Positions 54,360-64,000 of a stretch of 64,000 nucleotides of DNA are shown here, piece by piece; the first letter of the stretch is position 1, and every line of letters starts with the position of its first letter. The stretch covers positions 992,001 to 1,056,000 of the forward strand of contig OZ242365.1 of the NCBI GenBank assembly GCA_965208905.1, given 5' to 3'. The notes beneath the pieces were generated by a model. That model was given only the letters and a program-made list of their open reading frames with translations. It searched no databases and was not told where the DNA came from. The DNA is from Nitrosopumilaceae archaeon (GTDB lineage: Archaea; Thermoproteota; Nitrososphaeria; Nitrososphaerales; Nitrosopumilaceae). Both the position numbers and the translations under genes were made by a program.

Positions 54360-54427
54360 AGTATACCTTAGAAACATGGATTATATAAAGATTGTTACAA
54401 AGTATATAATTCCCAAAATTATGTCCG

Positions 54428-55368
54428 CTAGTCATTTGACTTCGCCTCCATCCAGTTGGGGCCCTTTGCCTTGGTCTTCTCGGCCGCTTTCTTGGCCGAG
54501 AACGCCTTGAGCGAAGTCTCGTAGTTGGCTATGTCCAGCGAAAAGTGGAGTCGCCTCTTGTTGTAATGCTGGATATACTCGGGCAGGCTCTCGTAGTGAC
54601 CTATCTCTTCCTCGATGGTTCTGTGGAACCGCTCAAGCTTCCCGTTCATCTGGGGGTGGCATGGTCTTGAGTTCATCAACTCGATACCCCTACCCAAGAG
54701 CTCCTCCTCGAACGCGGTGGACTTCCAGGATCCTTTGGGGTTGCCCTTGCGCATGCCCACAAAGCAAGATCTATTGTCCGACAGGATGGTAGCCGGCGTT
54801 CCGAACCGCCTAATTGTTTACTGGAGCGCCACCACGGCGTTCTCCGAGGTAGCCTAAGTGAACCGGCTCGCCCCGGTCACGCATCTTGAGGCATCGTCCA
54901 GGAATGTGATGAGACAAAGCCCACTCATACGCGAACTCTTCATGACGTGCCAGTTGGTGTACCACATGGAGTTGGAGTGCTTACGCTCGTATCGCACCCA
55001 CTTATGCTTTCGTGACTTTGCTTCGGATGGTGCGACTCGCTCACTCTCCTTCATAATCAGGATACTCGCTGGTAGATTATATTATGACCCGCTCTGCGCA
55101 GGCTTATTGCCGTGCGTACCACGCCTACCTCCTCCAACTGGTAGGCGTCCAGTACCAACTGTACCTCATCCGGCGACGGCGATAGCAGGGCGGGCCTGCC
55201 CGGAGTGCGCGGAATAGGCGCGGATCCGGTCTTGCGGAACTTGGCGTACGGCCTCCGAATGTGCCTTGATGTCACTCCGAGCTCGGCGGCCACCACAGAA
55301 GATCTCCTGCCTTTCTCAAGTTGGTTTATGGCGTACCGGATGGACTTTGCCGTAAGACGCTTTGCCAT
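54428..55368 (-). pseudogene. IS481-family transposase pseudogene
   Basis: Three fragments (55057-55368, 54854-55054, 54428-54760) homologous to 44544-45482. Confidence 0.88.
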
Positions 55369-55452
55369 ATTTTTTCTTGATCGATACAGCGTATAATGCT
55401 CCTTTATGGTGCGCTTGATCTTAGTCGGACCTAATTTCCGTACAATAGAACA

Positions 55453-55820
55453 AGGTCAGGATAGGGGAGAATTATTAAATCAGTACGAATTCACTAGAAC
55501 CGTAAAATGACTGCAAAGGCATACCGCAACAGGATAACAAATATCAAATATCAATTAGGGTGAGTACTAAACATGCATGCAAGCGTGTGTAACGGAGGTA
55601 ATTAATGGGCAAAAAAGAGACACTACTTTTTAAGAGAGTGTTGGAATATATAGATCACGAGGCAAACGGTGAGGTTAGCTCGGACGGTTTAAGTCGTTAA
55701 TGACTATTTGGGAGCCGGTCATGAGAGCACCATGAGTGTAATCATTTATCCCCTTCTGACCAGTGATAATATTGGAAAATGATTTTTTCAAGCATAATAA
55801 TTTATGTATATGCTCAGGTA
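55453..55820. repeat. Right arm of long inverted repeat
   Basis: Reverse complement of 50858-51049 plus 51379-51555. Confidence 0.9.
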
Positions 55821-56609
55821 GGTTCCTCCTGCAAGGACTAGTGGTGATCTAAATGACTTAGATTCGGACCAAAATTCGCCTCAAACCGGACATGCGCAGG
55901 TCGTCATAATTCATTTTTGGCCGGTTTTTACCAAGTCCCACTCAGATGGGGCATATGCGGAGGCAAAAATCCATACTGTATCATGGTGTCGGGCATTCGC
56001 GGTACATTACGCAGCGGATACGGCGTTCTGTATGAGCGTCAGCCACTTGTCTGTACCCTGTATGTCTATGCCGGCAGAGCCCCACTTGTCCCCCACGCAC
56101 GGCGGCTTAATGGTCTTGGCATACTCGTCTGCCACACTGGAATAGTGCTCCAGGGTTCTGGTTATGCTGTCCACGTGTACCTCCACTCCCAGATGTTTGA
56201 GCGTCACCTGAATGTTGGGCACCATCTGGGTTGCGGCAGCATATACCAGTCAGAAATGTAATCCGTGTGGCTACACCCACAAGGACAACCGGGATGGTAG
56301 AAAATTCTTGTGTAAACGGCGTGGCCATACACGTCATGCTGACTGTAATGCGGGCGCCAACATAGAGGATGCGGGACTAAAAAAGTTGGGTCCAGAGGCC
56401 ATGCATGGTCAACTAAACTTACGAAACTTGTCGGACCATGCCGGCAACACCCATGTTAAGGAGTATCTGGGCGTGAGGGTTCTTGCATCAACTCCCCTGA
56501 GAAACGTCAAGCACAGACTGGGAAACGAGATGCTCTACGCACCGTCGCTCTCTGGCGTGACGTGTAATGTATTGTAGATGCGGGAACCCCCGTGTTTGCA
56601 GTAGAAACC
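55821..56609. mobile_element. Deleted IS6-type element containing a transposase relic (-) and a tnpB relic (+)
   Basis: TIR GGTTCCTCCTGCAA / GGTTTCTACTGCAA. IS6-like LGVEVHVDSITR..GDKW and GIDIQGTDKWLTLIQNA at 56007-56225; TnpB YTSQKCNPCG..HADCNAGANI at 56225-56577. Confidence 0.8.
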
Positions 56610-56714
56610 CGTACAATCTCTGTATAATCAGAGAATTCTACAAAATGATTAAACCAAAAAGTTGAAAAGTTTTGAGTTTATACCATATTACCGTAAATAT
56701 TATACAATATGTAA

Positions 56715-57029
56715 ATGATGTTTAGACTGCTAAACCATAGAATATCACAACTTCAGAGAAACCTGCAACCTGACATACTTGAGTACTGGCATACACAAAT
56801 CATACATGATGCCCAAGATATGGCTCCTCCCTGGCTGCAGGACAAGATATCTGTAAAGCAGGACCCTTATCTTCCCATGAAGTTTAATCTGAACATATCA
56901 AAGCGTGCAATATCATATTATATGATGGCTTTAAACCAAAACCTACCACAAATGCCACTATCTACACAACTATACTTTCTAAAGGTGACCGAGTGCCTAA
57001 ATGATGAGATAGACCAGCAACTAGTCTAA
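56715..57029 (+). CDS. Hypothetical protein
   Basis: 104-aa ORF convergent with ileS. Confidence 0.6.
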   Translation: MMFRLLNHRISQLQRNLQPDILEYWHTQIIHDAQDMAPPWLQDKISVKQDPYLPMKFNLNISKRAISYYMMALNQNLPQMPLSTQLYFLKVTECLNDEIDQQLV

Positions 57030-57031
57030 CG

Positions 57032-60000
57032 CTATCCTATACCTATGCGCAGGCCTTGTCCGTCTATGTCTATATCCTTGTATTTTAATTTGGATGATGA
57101 TGTAAATGTCACTACTCTAACTCGTACTATGGCTGACAAGTCAAACTGTCCAGACTCTACCAAACCAATAGATGTATCATCAAGGCCTATCACTGAGGCC
57201 TCATCAAGTATGTCGGTGGGATTATACCCTGCCTCTTTGCGGAGATTCTGTATCTGTCGGGCTACATCCCGAAGGCGCCAGCGAGATACTGTGGCATCAT
57301 CACTCTTTGTGGATACAAAGACGATGTGCCCGTCTTTTGTGGCAGATTGGTAGCCTTCTGCCGGCTCATATCCTATTATAAAGTCAGAAACATCTAATGA
57401 TATCTCCTTATCATCCATCGAAAATGTGTAGTGCCCCCTCTTTAACGACTCTACTATTGTGTCCGGGCTGGTCTGGCTAAACTCTCTACTTAGACGCGGC
57501 ATATCGCCCTTCAAGCGAGGCCCTAACTTCTTTCTGTCTAGTGACACTGTGGGGACCACTGGCATCTTTATCTGGCGCATCTGTATGTATCCCTCTAAAC
57601 CATCTACTATGTCTCTATGTTCTATTGGGCGTAGCACCTCTACATTCATTCTCTCTTTGAGATATGCCTGTAGCGTATCTACCGACTCTTTGTTGGCCGG
57701 TACTACGACTAGCGCTTCACGAAGGGGCCAACGTCTCTTTAGTTTTGCACGGGCACGCGCGGCTGCAGTTGCCGTAAGTATGGACTTCATGGAGTCAAAA
57801 GCATCCTCTATATCTTTATTGATCATTTCATGATTTATGGTGGGCCACTCTTGCAGCAGTATGGAATCCGAACCACCAAATGCCTCCCTGTACAGGTATT
57901 CACTAAAGAACGGACAGAAGGGGTGTATCATGATGTCTAGAGTCTTGAGACATCTGCCTATGACTGCGTAGATTGCCTCCCGCCTACGTCTCTGGGATGC
58001 GTCATCCTCCCAAAGCTGGCCTCGGACACTGGGTATATACGATTGACTTAGAGAGTTTATCATGAATTCTTCGATGGATTTTGCCGCCTCATGAAATCTA
58101 CACTGATCTATCTTTTCAGTTACCACACGTATGGTGTGTTGCAGCTTGGACAGTATCCATATATCTGGATGGTCCAACAGAGACTCATCCTTGGCCCACT
58201 GCACATCATGTGTTGCATCATAACTGTCATACTCGCTGTTCTGTATATAATACAGGTGTAGATTGTACAGGGTACTGAGTATCTGGTATGGTCTGGATGT
58301 CATCTCTGATGGTGAAAAATTTAATGGCTCCACAGGACTGGCCTTCCACATAAAGTAGAGCCGGACCAAGTCCACAGGATTCTCTTTTAATAGATCTTTT
58401 GCTGGTATCACATTGCCCAAACTCTTACTCATCTTGCCGCCCCGCTCATCTAGAACGTGCCCTTGGAACAAGAACGATTTATACGGTGATGTGCCGTTTA
58501 ATATGACGTTCTCGACTAATAGTGTATACGCCCACCCCCTTGTCTGGTCTATCCCTTCAGTGAAGAATGGTGCTGGTATGTCTCTATTATATTCATCATT
58601 GTTTAGTGATGCAAATGGCGCCGCACCACTGTTGTGCCATGTATCTAGCACGTACTGTTCTCGGACTGTATTGTAACTGTTACATCTCTTACATCGTGTG
58701 CGTATCTTGTCAATCCATGGACGGTGCAGCTCAAAATTACTTCCATCCGGAAGCGATTCGGCATTCTGTATTATGTCGTCTTTGGTGTAGTACCATGTCT
58801 TTGCTGAGCAGTCATTACAGTGCCAGACCGGCATAGGGCAACCCCAATACCTCTCTCTGGATATGCACCATGGATGCTCCTCACCTACGATGCTCAAAAA
58901 TCTATTCTTTGGGGCGTCAAAAAAGTATCTTACATGCTGGGCTGCATGTAGTGTTTTGGAGTCTAGCCGGTCTAACTTATAAAACCAGCCACGACGGGCC
59001 AACCACACTATGGGGTGCTTTGATCTCCAACAGAGTGGATACTTGTGGTTAATTTTGCCAATCTTGACTAGCGACTTTACATCTTTTAGATCCGACACTA
59101 TGATATCATCTGCATCCCGTACAAAGAGTGTACTGTATGCCCCCGCCTCGGATGTAAATCTGACACGCTCATCTATGGGACAGAATATCTCTATGTTGCG
59201 ACGATGAGCTATCTGTATATCATCCTCACCATTGGCAGGCGCCAAGTGTACAAGACCCGTCCCAGCATCCACATCTACAAACGATTCGGCTACTGCTATA
59301 TGGTATGTACCTCTGGATATGAGATTATCAAGTTCGGGGATCTTGTGTAGCAGTGGATGTATGTAGCGCTTACCCTCAAATACAGAGCCTGGCACTACTT
59401 TGACTATATCGTATCCTGTTATGTTTATCTCCTCCATGAATGTTTCTAATCGTCGCTGCGCAATCACCCACTCTTCATCATATCTGTGTATGTGCACTAT
59501 ACAGTACATCTCATCTGGGTGAAGTCCCACCATAGCATCGGTTACCAAGGTAAATGGCATAGTCGTCCACACGACTAGATGTATATCTTCATCGACTAGC
59601 TTTACCTTATAGTATAAGGAGGGGTCTGTCACTGTATCGTATCCTTGGTTTACTTCGGCATGACTCAATGAGGTCTGGCAGCCGGGACAGTATCCTATCA
59701 CTGTGTGGTCGTCCTCTAGTATGCCTGATTCGTGAGCTTTCTTTAGTACCTGCCACTCCCGCTCTATGTATTCATCTGTATACGTCCAGTAGGATTTACT
59801 ATGATCCATACCCATTCCCATGAGATCGTCTACCTCCTCCCACTCTGCATTATATCTGGATACGATAGCCTTGCACTGTTCTACCAATCTCTCTACGCCT
59901 ATGCTGCCCTCGATGGCACTCTTGTCACCAGCAACCCCTAACTCCTTCTCTGCCTGCAACTCCACTGGCAACCCCTGAGTGTCCCAACCTCCGTAAAAGA

Positions 60001-60226
60001 GTACCTTTTTGCCCGTAAGCGTTGTATATCTATACCATAAATCCTTGATTATTCGTCCCCGCAGGTGGCCTGCGTGGGGACTGCCGTTCAACGTTGGCGG
60101 ACCCTCAATGAAACGGACTGTATCTCGGTCAGACTCGCTTAGCACACATTGAGTCTTTGGAATGTCTGCGTATATGCGACCCATCTTTTGTACATCTTTG
60201 GGATCAAATTTTACCGGAATTGTCAT
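57032..60226 (-). CDS. ileS: Isoleucine--tRNA ligase
   Basis: EGPP..NG.PHAGH, GWDTQGLPVE, WTTMPFTL, EGIDQTRGW and KMSKS. Confidence 0.96.
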   Translation of the reverse strand: MTIPVKFDPKDVQKMGRIYADIPKTQCVLSESDRDTVRFIEGPPTLNGSPHAGHLRGRIIKDLWYRYTTLTGKKVLFYGGWDTQGLPVELQAEKELGVAGDKSAIEGSIGVERLVEQCKAIVSRYNAEWEEVDDLMGMGMDHSKSYWTYTDEYIEREWQVLKKAHESGILEDDHTVIGYCPGCQTSLSHAEVNQGYDTVTDPSLYYKVKLVDEDIHLVVWTTMPFTLVTDAMVGLHPDEMYCIVHIHRYDEEWVIAQRRLETFMEEINITGYDIVKVVPGSVFEGKRYIHPLLHKIPELDNLISRGTYHIAVAESFVDVDAGTGLVHLAPANGEDDIQIAHRRNIEIFCPIDERVRFTSEAGAYSTLFVRDADDIIVSDLKDVKSLVKIGKINHKYPLCWRSKHPIVWLARRGWFYKLDRLDSKTLHAAQHVRYFFDAPKNRFLSIVGEEHPWCISRERYWGCPMPVWHCNDCSAKTWYYTKDDIIQNAESLPDGSNFELHRPWIDKIRTRCKRCNSYNTVREQYVLDTWHNSGAAPFASLNNDEYNRDIPAPFFTEGIDQTRGWAYTLLVENVILNGTSPYKSFLFQGHVLDERGGKMSKSLGNVIPAKDLLKENPVDLVRLYFMWKASPVEPLNFSPSEMTSRPYQILSTLYNLHLYYIQNSEYDSYDATHDVQWAKDESLLDHPDIWILSKLQHTIRVVTEKIDQCRFHEAAKSIEEFMINSLSQSYIPSVRGQLWEDDASQRRRREAIYAVIGRCLKTLDIMIHPFCPFFSEYLYREAFGGSDSILLQEWPTINHEMINKDIEDAFDSMKSILTATAAARARAKLKRRWPLREALVVVPANKESVDTLQAYLKERMNVEVLRPIEHRDIVDGLEGYIQMRQIKMPVVPTVSLDRKKLGPRLKGDMPRLSREFSQTSPDTIVESLKRGHYTFSMDDKEISLDVSDFIIGYEPAEGYQSATKDGHIVFVSTKSDDATVSRWRLRDVARQIQNLRKEAGYNPTDILDEASVIGLDDTSIGLVESGQFDLSAIVRVRVVTFTSSSKLKYKDIDIDGQGLRIGIG

Positions 60227-60570
60227 GTATAGAACCCAAATAATCACTGTTATAAAGGATATATATTGTGCCTATGAAGTACAACCAAAACTATTATATG
60301 CCCACTTGATGTGACGGAACAGTCAGCAGCATTATCTCTGCGCCGCACTTATGCCTTTTGGCCACCCCGTATCCCTATATGGCCATGTTCCCAGGTGGGT
60401 CACCTGTAGGAGGCAGAGCGCGTGCCGGCTAGGGCAATCAGATTTACCACTCTCAGGCCGGTAGGCAGACTGCATCCGGGCCGACCCTGATTATGCCATC
60501 CAGATCATCCGAATATATGGAACCGGTGTAGAACAGGAAGATTAAATTGTCAGCGAAGCCCAGCATGATC

Positions 60571-60960
60571 ATGGCTGGTGACCAACCTTCACTTGTGAGT
60601 CTGATATCAGACATTCTGGAGGTGCCCGACGTACTGTTCGTGGTGAAGAGCGGTGCGGCCGTCGCCGAGATACGTGGCGATTCTCTAGATGTCTCCTACA
60701 AGAACAACTGGATCACTGTGGGCGACAACAATGGACCTGCTCATATGCACATAAACATGACCGGCGTCTCGTCGGTACGGTTCGTCCAAGAAGAGAAGCC
60801 AACGCGCACCAGCTACAGCGTGCAGCTCACGGACGACTCGGGCGAGCGCATACTGGCGGCATTCTTCACGAAGATGTATGATTCGGAGATGAAACTCCGA
60901 CCGGACAGGGTGGGTACATACGAATTACTGGAGAAAGAATGGGGCAATAAGATGAGTTAA
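60571..60960 (+). CDS. ChuX/HutX-like heme-binding family protein
   Basis: AVAEI, HMHIN..VRFV..SYSVQL.D..GERIL..F pattern. Confidence 0.6.
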   Translation: MAGDQPSLVSLISDILEVPDVLFVVKSGAAVAEIRGDSLDVSYKNNWITVGDNNGPAHMHINMTGVSSVRFVQEEKPTRTSYSVQLTDDSGERILAAFFTKMYDSEMKLRPDRVGTYELLEKEWGNKMS

Positions 60961-60985
60961 AAAAAAGAAATCATGTACACAAAAT

Positions 60986-61120
60986 GGTTCTTCCCGCAAG
61001 GATGGGTGATTGATCTAAATAATCCAGATCTGGACCGCAATTCGACCCAGACCGGGCATGCGCGGGCCGCCAGAGGAGACTCCGAGGGCCTTATGCTAGT
61101 GGGCACCCCCGACTGTTTTT
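60986..61120 (+). mobile_element. IS6-like element left-end remnant
   Basis: GGTTCTTCCCGCAAGG followed by ~85 bp homologous to 55821-55905. Confidence 0.7.
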
Positions 61121-61123
61121 GTC

Positions 61124-62293
61124 TTATATGATGCTCTGCACACTACCTACATCCAACAGATACCCGATATATCCACACTCTGGACAACCACGGCTCCAAT
61201 AACTCTCATCAGCATTGGGGTCATCTAGTGTAGAAAATCCACATTTGACACAATTCAAAGATGTACCTACTATGTCATAATAGTCGACTTTGATTCCCAC
61301 GCCTTCAAAAGAGTATGGCCATGATATGTATGCGTGTTCTACGGCATGCCGCTCACTGATACGTCTCTTCCCATCAGAACACTTGATATTATTCATATGT
61401 ATCTTATCTATGATGGGAGGCGCCAATACATTGAACTCTTCACGACTACATATCATCGCACTTAAATTCTTCACCAACCATCCGTACGGTCGATCATCAA
61501 CGCGCTTCAATAAACCATGACTCTCCAATAATGATATGATCTTTGCTACATTATGTGCATCTCGGTCTGGATCATCAGACATTGGATCAGCCAACACATT
61601 TGGGAGGTCCACTGCCTCTACAGACTCTCGTAGAAATCTAACCACCTTGTCGGCACCATGTAGACCACAATCTGTGCCTCCTAATGGTAGTCGGGTTACA
61701 TATATCTGGAATTTGTCATCATGTCTATGTGTAAATGTTATTGTGGATGCGCAGTCTGTACATTCCAAGGTTATCATATCGTTTTGTATCTGACAGTAGC
61801 CGGTCTCATGCTGACAAGGTATTTTATTCCACATCTTTGCAAAGTCTTTCATTGGAGTATGCTGATATATGTCGTGATCATTGTCAATCATAAGTAACTC
61901 ATTCATCAATAACATAAGCATAGTTTGATCCCGCAGTGGTGCCTCGCCCTCAGGGTCGGCACCATCCTCGGGCATTACTAGTTGAAATTTTTTGGTACCA
62001 ATAAACTCCCGAACATCAGATGTGAGGCTGTATCCTACAAACTGCCCATCTATGGTTAGCTCAAATGTTTTGGGATATCCAAACTTTAGTATAAACTGCA
62101 TACTTGTACCACACTTTGTGCATGTTAGATTGGCACATAATCCATACGCGGATATTAAGGGTTCATTATGATCGCACACCCCATCCTGCCAGATCTCCTC
62201 TAATCTGTACCTGTCTATTAGGTTGACCTGTCTTCGCTTATCCAAACTCTGTCGCCCTCTCCGTTTACGTTTTCGTGCCATCACACATGACAC
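61124..62293 (-). CDS. Hypothetical Cys-rich protein with internal repeats
   Basis: 389-aa ORF with several CxxC pairs. Confidence 0.65.
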   Translation of the reverse strand: MSCVMARKRKRRGRQSLDKRRQVNLIDRYRLEEIWQDGVCDHNEPLISAYGLCANLTCTKCGTSMQFILKFGYPKTFELTIDGQFVGYSLTSDVREFIGTKKFQLVMPEDGADPEGEAPLRDQTMLMLLMNELLMIDNDHDIYQHTPMKDFAKMWNKIPCQHETGYCQIQNDMITLECTDCASTITFTHRHDDKFQIYVTRLPLGGTDCGLHGADKVVRFLRESVEAVDLPNVLADPMSDDPDRDAHNVAKIISLLESHGLLKRVDDRPYGWLVKNLSAMICSREEFNVLAPPIIDKIHMNNIKCSDGKRRISERHAVEHAYISWPYSFEGVGIKVDYYDIVGTSLNCVKCGFSTLDDPNADESYWSRGCPECGYIGYLLDVGSVQSII

Positions 62294-62937
62294 TTCATGA
62301 TGATATTTAAGGCAAAAGTATGGGGAGGGGGAGGCGTATATACTCCGGTCTATTCATAAGGGGCAGATTTGGATAGAACGGTTTAAAGCTGATAGCAAAT
62401 TTGGATAATTTAATGGGGGATTCCATACTGCTCAGAAAGGAATTAAGAAAAATATATCGCAAAATCGATCTTTTAAAAAAAAGAGAATGCGGAACTTAGA
62501 TCTCAAGTAATTCAATTGAAAGGGGAAAAGGTATCAATGACAGACCAATACGAATCAGAGATTGAATATTATGCCATTACAGCGTAACATGCGCTACAAG
62601 TTAATGGTCGGTACGGGCATGCATATGTTGTTCAGTTTTGGTGATCTATACGTACCTCCCAAAAGCGCGGCATTACACCATGAAAAGGCATAGTGGAATT
62701 ATCCAAAAATCCAGACTGGGACATATTTGGGGAGTCTGCTAGACCTGAGGCAGGATCTGCGGTCTAATTTAGCCTTGCTCCACGTTTTCAGTTGTAACAA
62801 CAAAAATAACCACACATTTTGTGGCAGCAATATCAAATGTTGTATAATGTGGGAACAAAATATGTGAATATTTAGGCGATGCAGTCCCACCACACATCTG
62901 GCATACTTATTAAATTCTGCACCTATACGGTATTATA

Positions 62938-63285
62938 ATGAGTGTTATGTGTGATACTCCTGACCGTCTGGACATAATAAAACCTGATCTGGACAAGATA
63001 GTGACCAAAATTGTGGATAATCATGACCCTATACGCATTATACTATTTGGCTCATACGCACGGGGCACAACTGGCAAGCATAGCGATATAGACCTATTGG
63101 TTGTAATGGATAGCGGAAAAAAGGAGGGAGCCGGAGCCCGAATCATAAACACACTGGCTTTTGTGTCCGACATACCGCAGGATGTAGTTGTGACCACGCC
63201 CGATGATATAGAACGAATTGGTGATGATACCGGCTACGTCATATATTATGCACTCAAGGACGGGATAATGCTGTATGAGCGTTAA
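62938..63285 (+). CDS. MNT nucleotidyltransferase antitoxin
   Basis: LFGSYARG..SDIDLLVV. Confidence 0.9.
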   Translation: MSVMCDTPDRLDIIKPDLDKIVTKIVDNHDPIRIILFGSYARGTTGKHSDIDLLVVMDSGKKEGAGARIINTLAFVSDIPQDVVVTTPDDIERIGDDTGYVIYYALKDGIMLYER

Positions 63286-63646
63286 CTCAGCGCGGGAGTG
63301 GATGGCACGTGCGCGAAACGATCTCAACACTGCCATATCATGCGCAAATTTGGATCCGCAGCTATCCTGCTATCTGTCACAGCAGTGTATAGAAAAGTCA
63401 CTAAAGTCCACATACATATATCGAAACGTAGATGTGCCCCACACTCATAACCTGAAGGAATTACACGGTGCCGTGCCCGATGGCTGGTCTGTATCAAACA
63501 TAAAACAATACGATTTTGGAATAATTTCAGCGTGGGTCATTACCGGACGATATCCGTCCGGCGCAACACTCACCAAAAAAGATGCCAAGTATGGTATTGA
63601 TGCGGCACAAGCCATACACGAATCCGTAAAAACAGACATGAAATAA
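63275..63646 (+). CDS. HEPN-domain protein (toxin partner)
   Basis: QQCIEKSLKS, PHTHNL and RYP; overlaps the MNT stop. Confidence 0.88.
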   Translation: MSVNSAREWMARARNDLNTAISCANLDPQLSCYLSQQCIEKSLKSTYIYRNVDVPHTHNLKELHGAVPDGWSVSNIKQYDFGIISAWVITGRYPSGATLTKKDAKYGIDAAQAIHESVKTDMK

Positions 63647-63863
63647 CACGAATCATCCTAAAGCCTAATCAGTATGTAACCTATGTGCGTAGAAGATAAC
63701 CTACTGTATAATACGCCTTAATCTGGTACGTATTCGACTCTACTTTTTCAGGTATGAATCAGTAGAACAACATCATTGCTTACATCTAAAAATGACGGCG
63801 GGGTTGAATATGCACCTACCATTCATGCTAGGATTTTTATCCGTGCATCTTTTCCAGTATGAT

Positions 63864-64000
63864 GTGAGCAAGATAAAGGACGCAACTCTAGCAGAAGAAG
63901 GACGGGCATCATATCAGTGGGCACGCCAACACATGAAGATTCTTGATAGTACCATATCCAAACTACAACAGTCTGGACCTCTAAACGGCACCACTGTGGC
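63864..64000 (+). CDS. ahcY: Adenosylhomocysteinase, 5' part (truncated by window edge)
   Basis: MSKIKDATLAEEGRASYQWARQHMKIL...GPLNG matches the AhcY N-terminus. Confidence 0.8.
   Translation, partial: MSKIKDATLAEEGRASYQWARQHMKILDSTISKLQQSGPLNGTTV

Larger units (their letters stand above)
51578..54414. mobile_element. IS1595-family transposon with passenger genes
   Basis: 23-bp TIR GGGAATTATATA(G/C)TTTGTAACAA (22/23); 8-bp TSD AAAATTAT (51570-51577 / 54415-54422). Confidence 0.93.
51556..55452 (-). mobile_element. Decayed IS481-family element with IS1595 element inserted in one TIR
   Basis: Ends TGTTGTAGTATATGAAAATTATGTCCG (reconstructed across the insertion) / TGTTCTATTGTACGGAAATTAGGTCCG. 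Confidence 0.8.

Noticed and set aside
60330-60500. GC-rich intergenic stretch as possible ncRNA or riboswitch
   Set aside because: No recognisable SRP, RNase P, tRNA or riboswitch motifs by eye; an Rfam scan is needed.

Overview
Archaeal chromosome segment, most consistent with an ammonia-oxidising thaumarchaeon (Nitrosopumilaceae/Cenarchaeum-like). This is an inference from tfb, aIF6, aIF1, cofC/cofD, phaC/phaE and a two-domain multicopper oxidase. The window opens with the 3' part of a type I-G (I-U) CRISPR-Cas operon (cas3-csb3-csb1-csb2), with no array or cas1/cas2 in view. It continues through housekeeping genes (hisS, tRNA-Ser, PHA cluster, gdhA, purE/K, bioD/A, HMG-CoA synthase, ileS, ahcY) that are heavily interspersed with mobile DNA. 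Main observation: five full-length TnpB/Cas12f-like genes with all three RuvC acidic residues, plus three decayed copies. None has an IS200/IS605 (Y1) or IS607 (serine) TnpA. Instead they lie between terminal inverted repeats (TIRs), often with exact target-site duplications (TSDs), of at least four cut-and-paste end types: IS1595-like GGGAATTAT (8-bp TSD), IS6-like GGTTCCTCCCGCAA (8-bp TSD), GGGTGTGTCCCAC (9-bp TSD) and AGAGTTTATGCGTAAT (3-bp TSD). One relic still pairs an IS6-type DDE transposase fragment with tnpB. An intact IS1595 transposase in the window shares 13 terminal bases with one tnpB element. This looks like a prokaryotic, Fanzor-like capture of RNA-guided nucleases by several DDE transposon families. 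A nested IS cluster at 44.4-56.6 kb contains an IS1595 element carrying a methyltransferase-HNH fusion and an IS481 element whose flanks form a ~370-bp inverted repeat. All calls come from reading the sequence and motifs by eye; no database searches were run.
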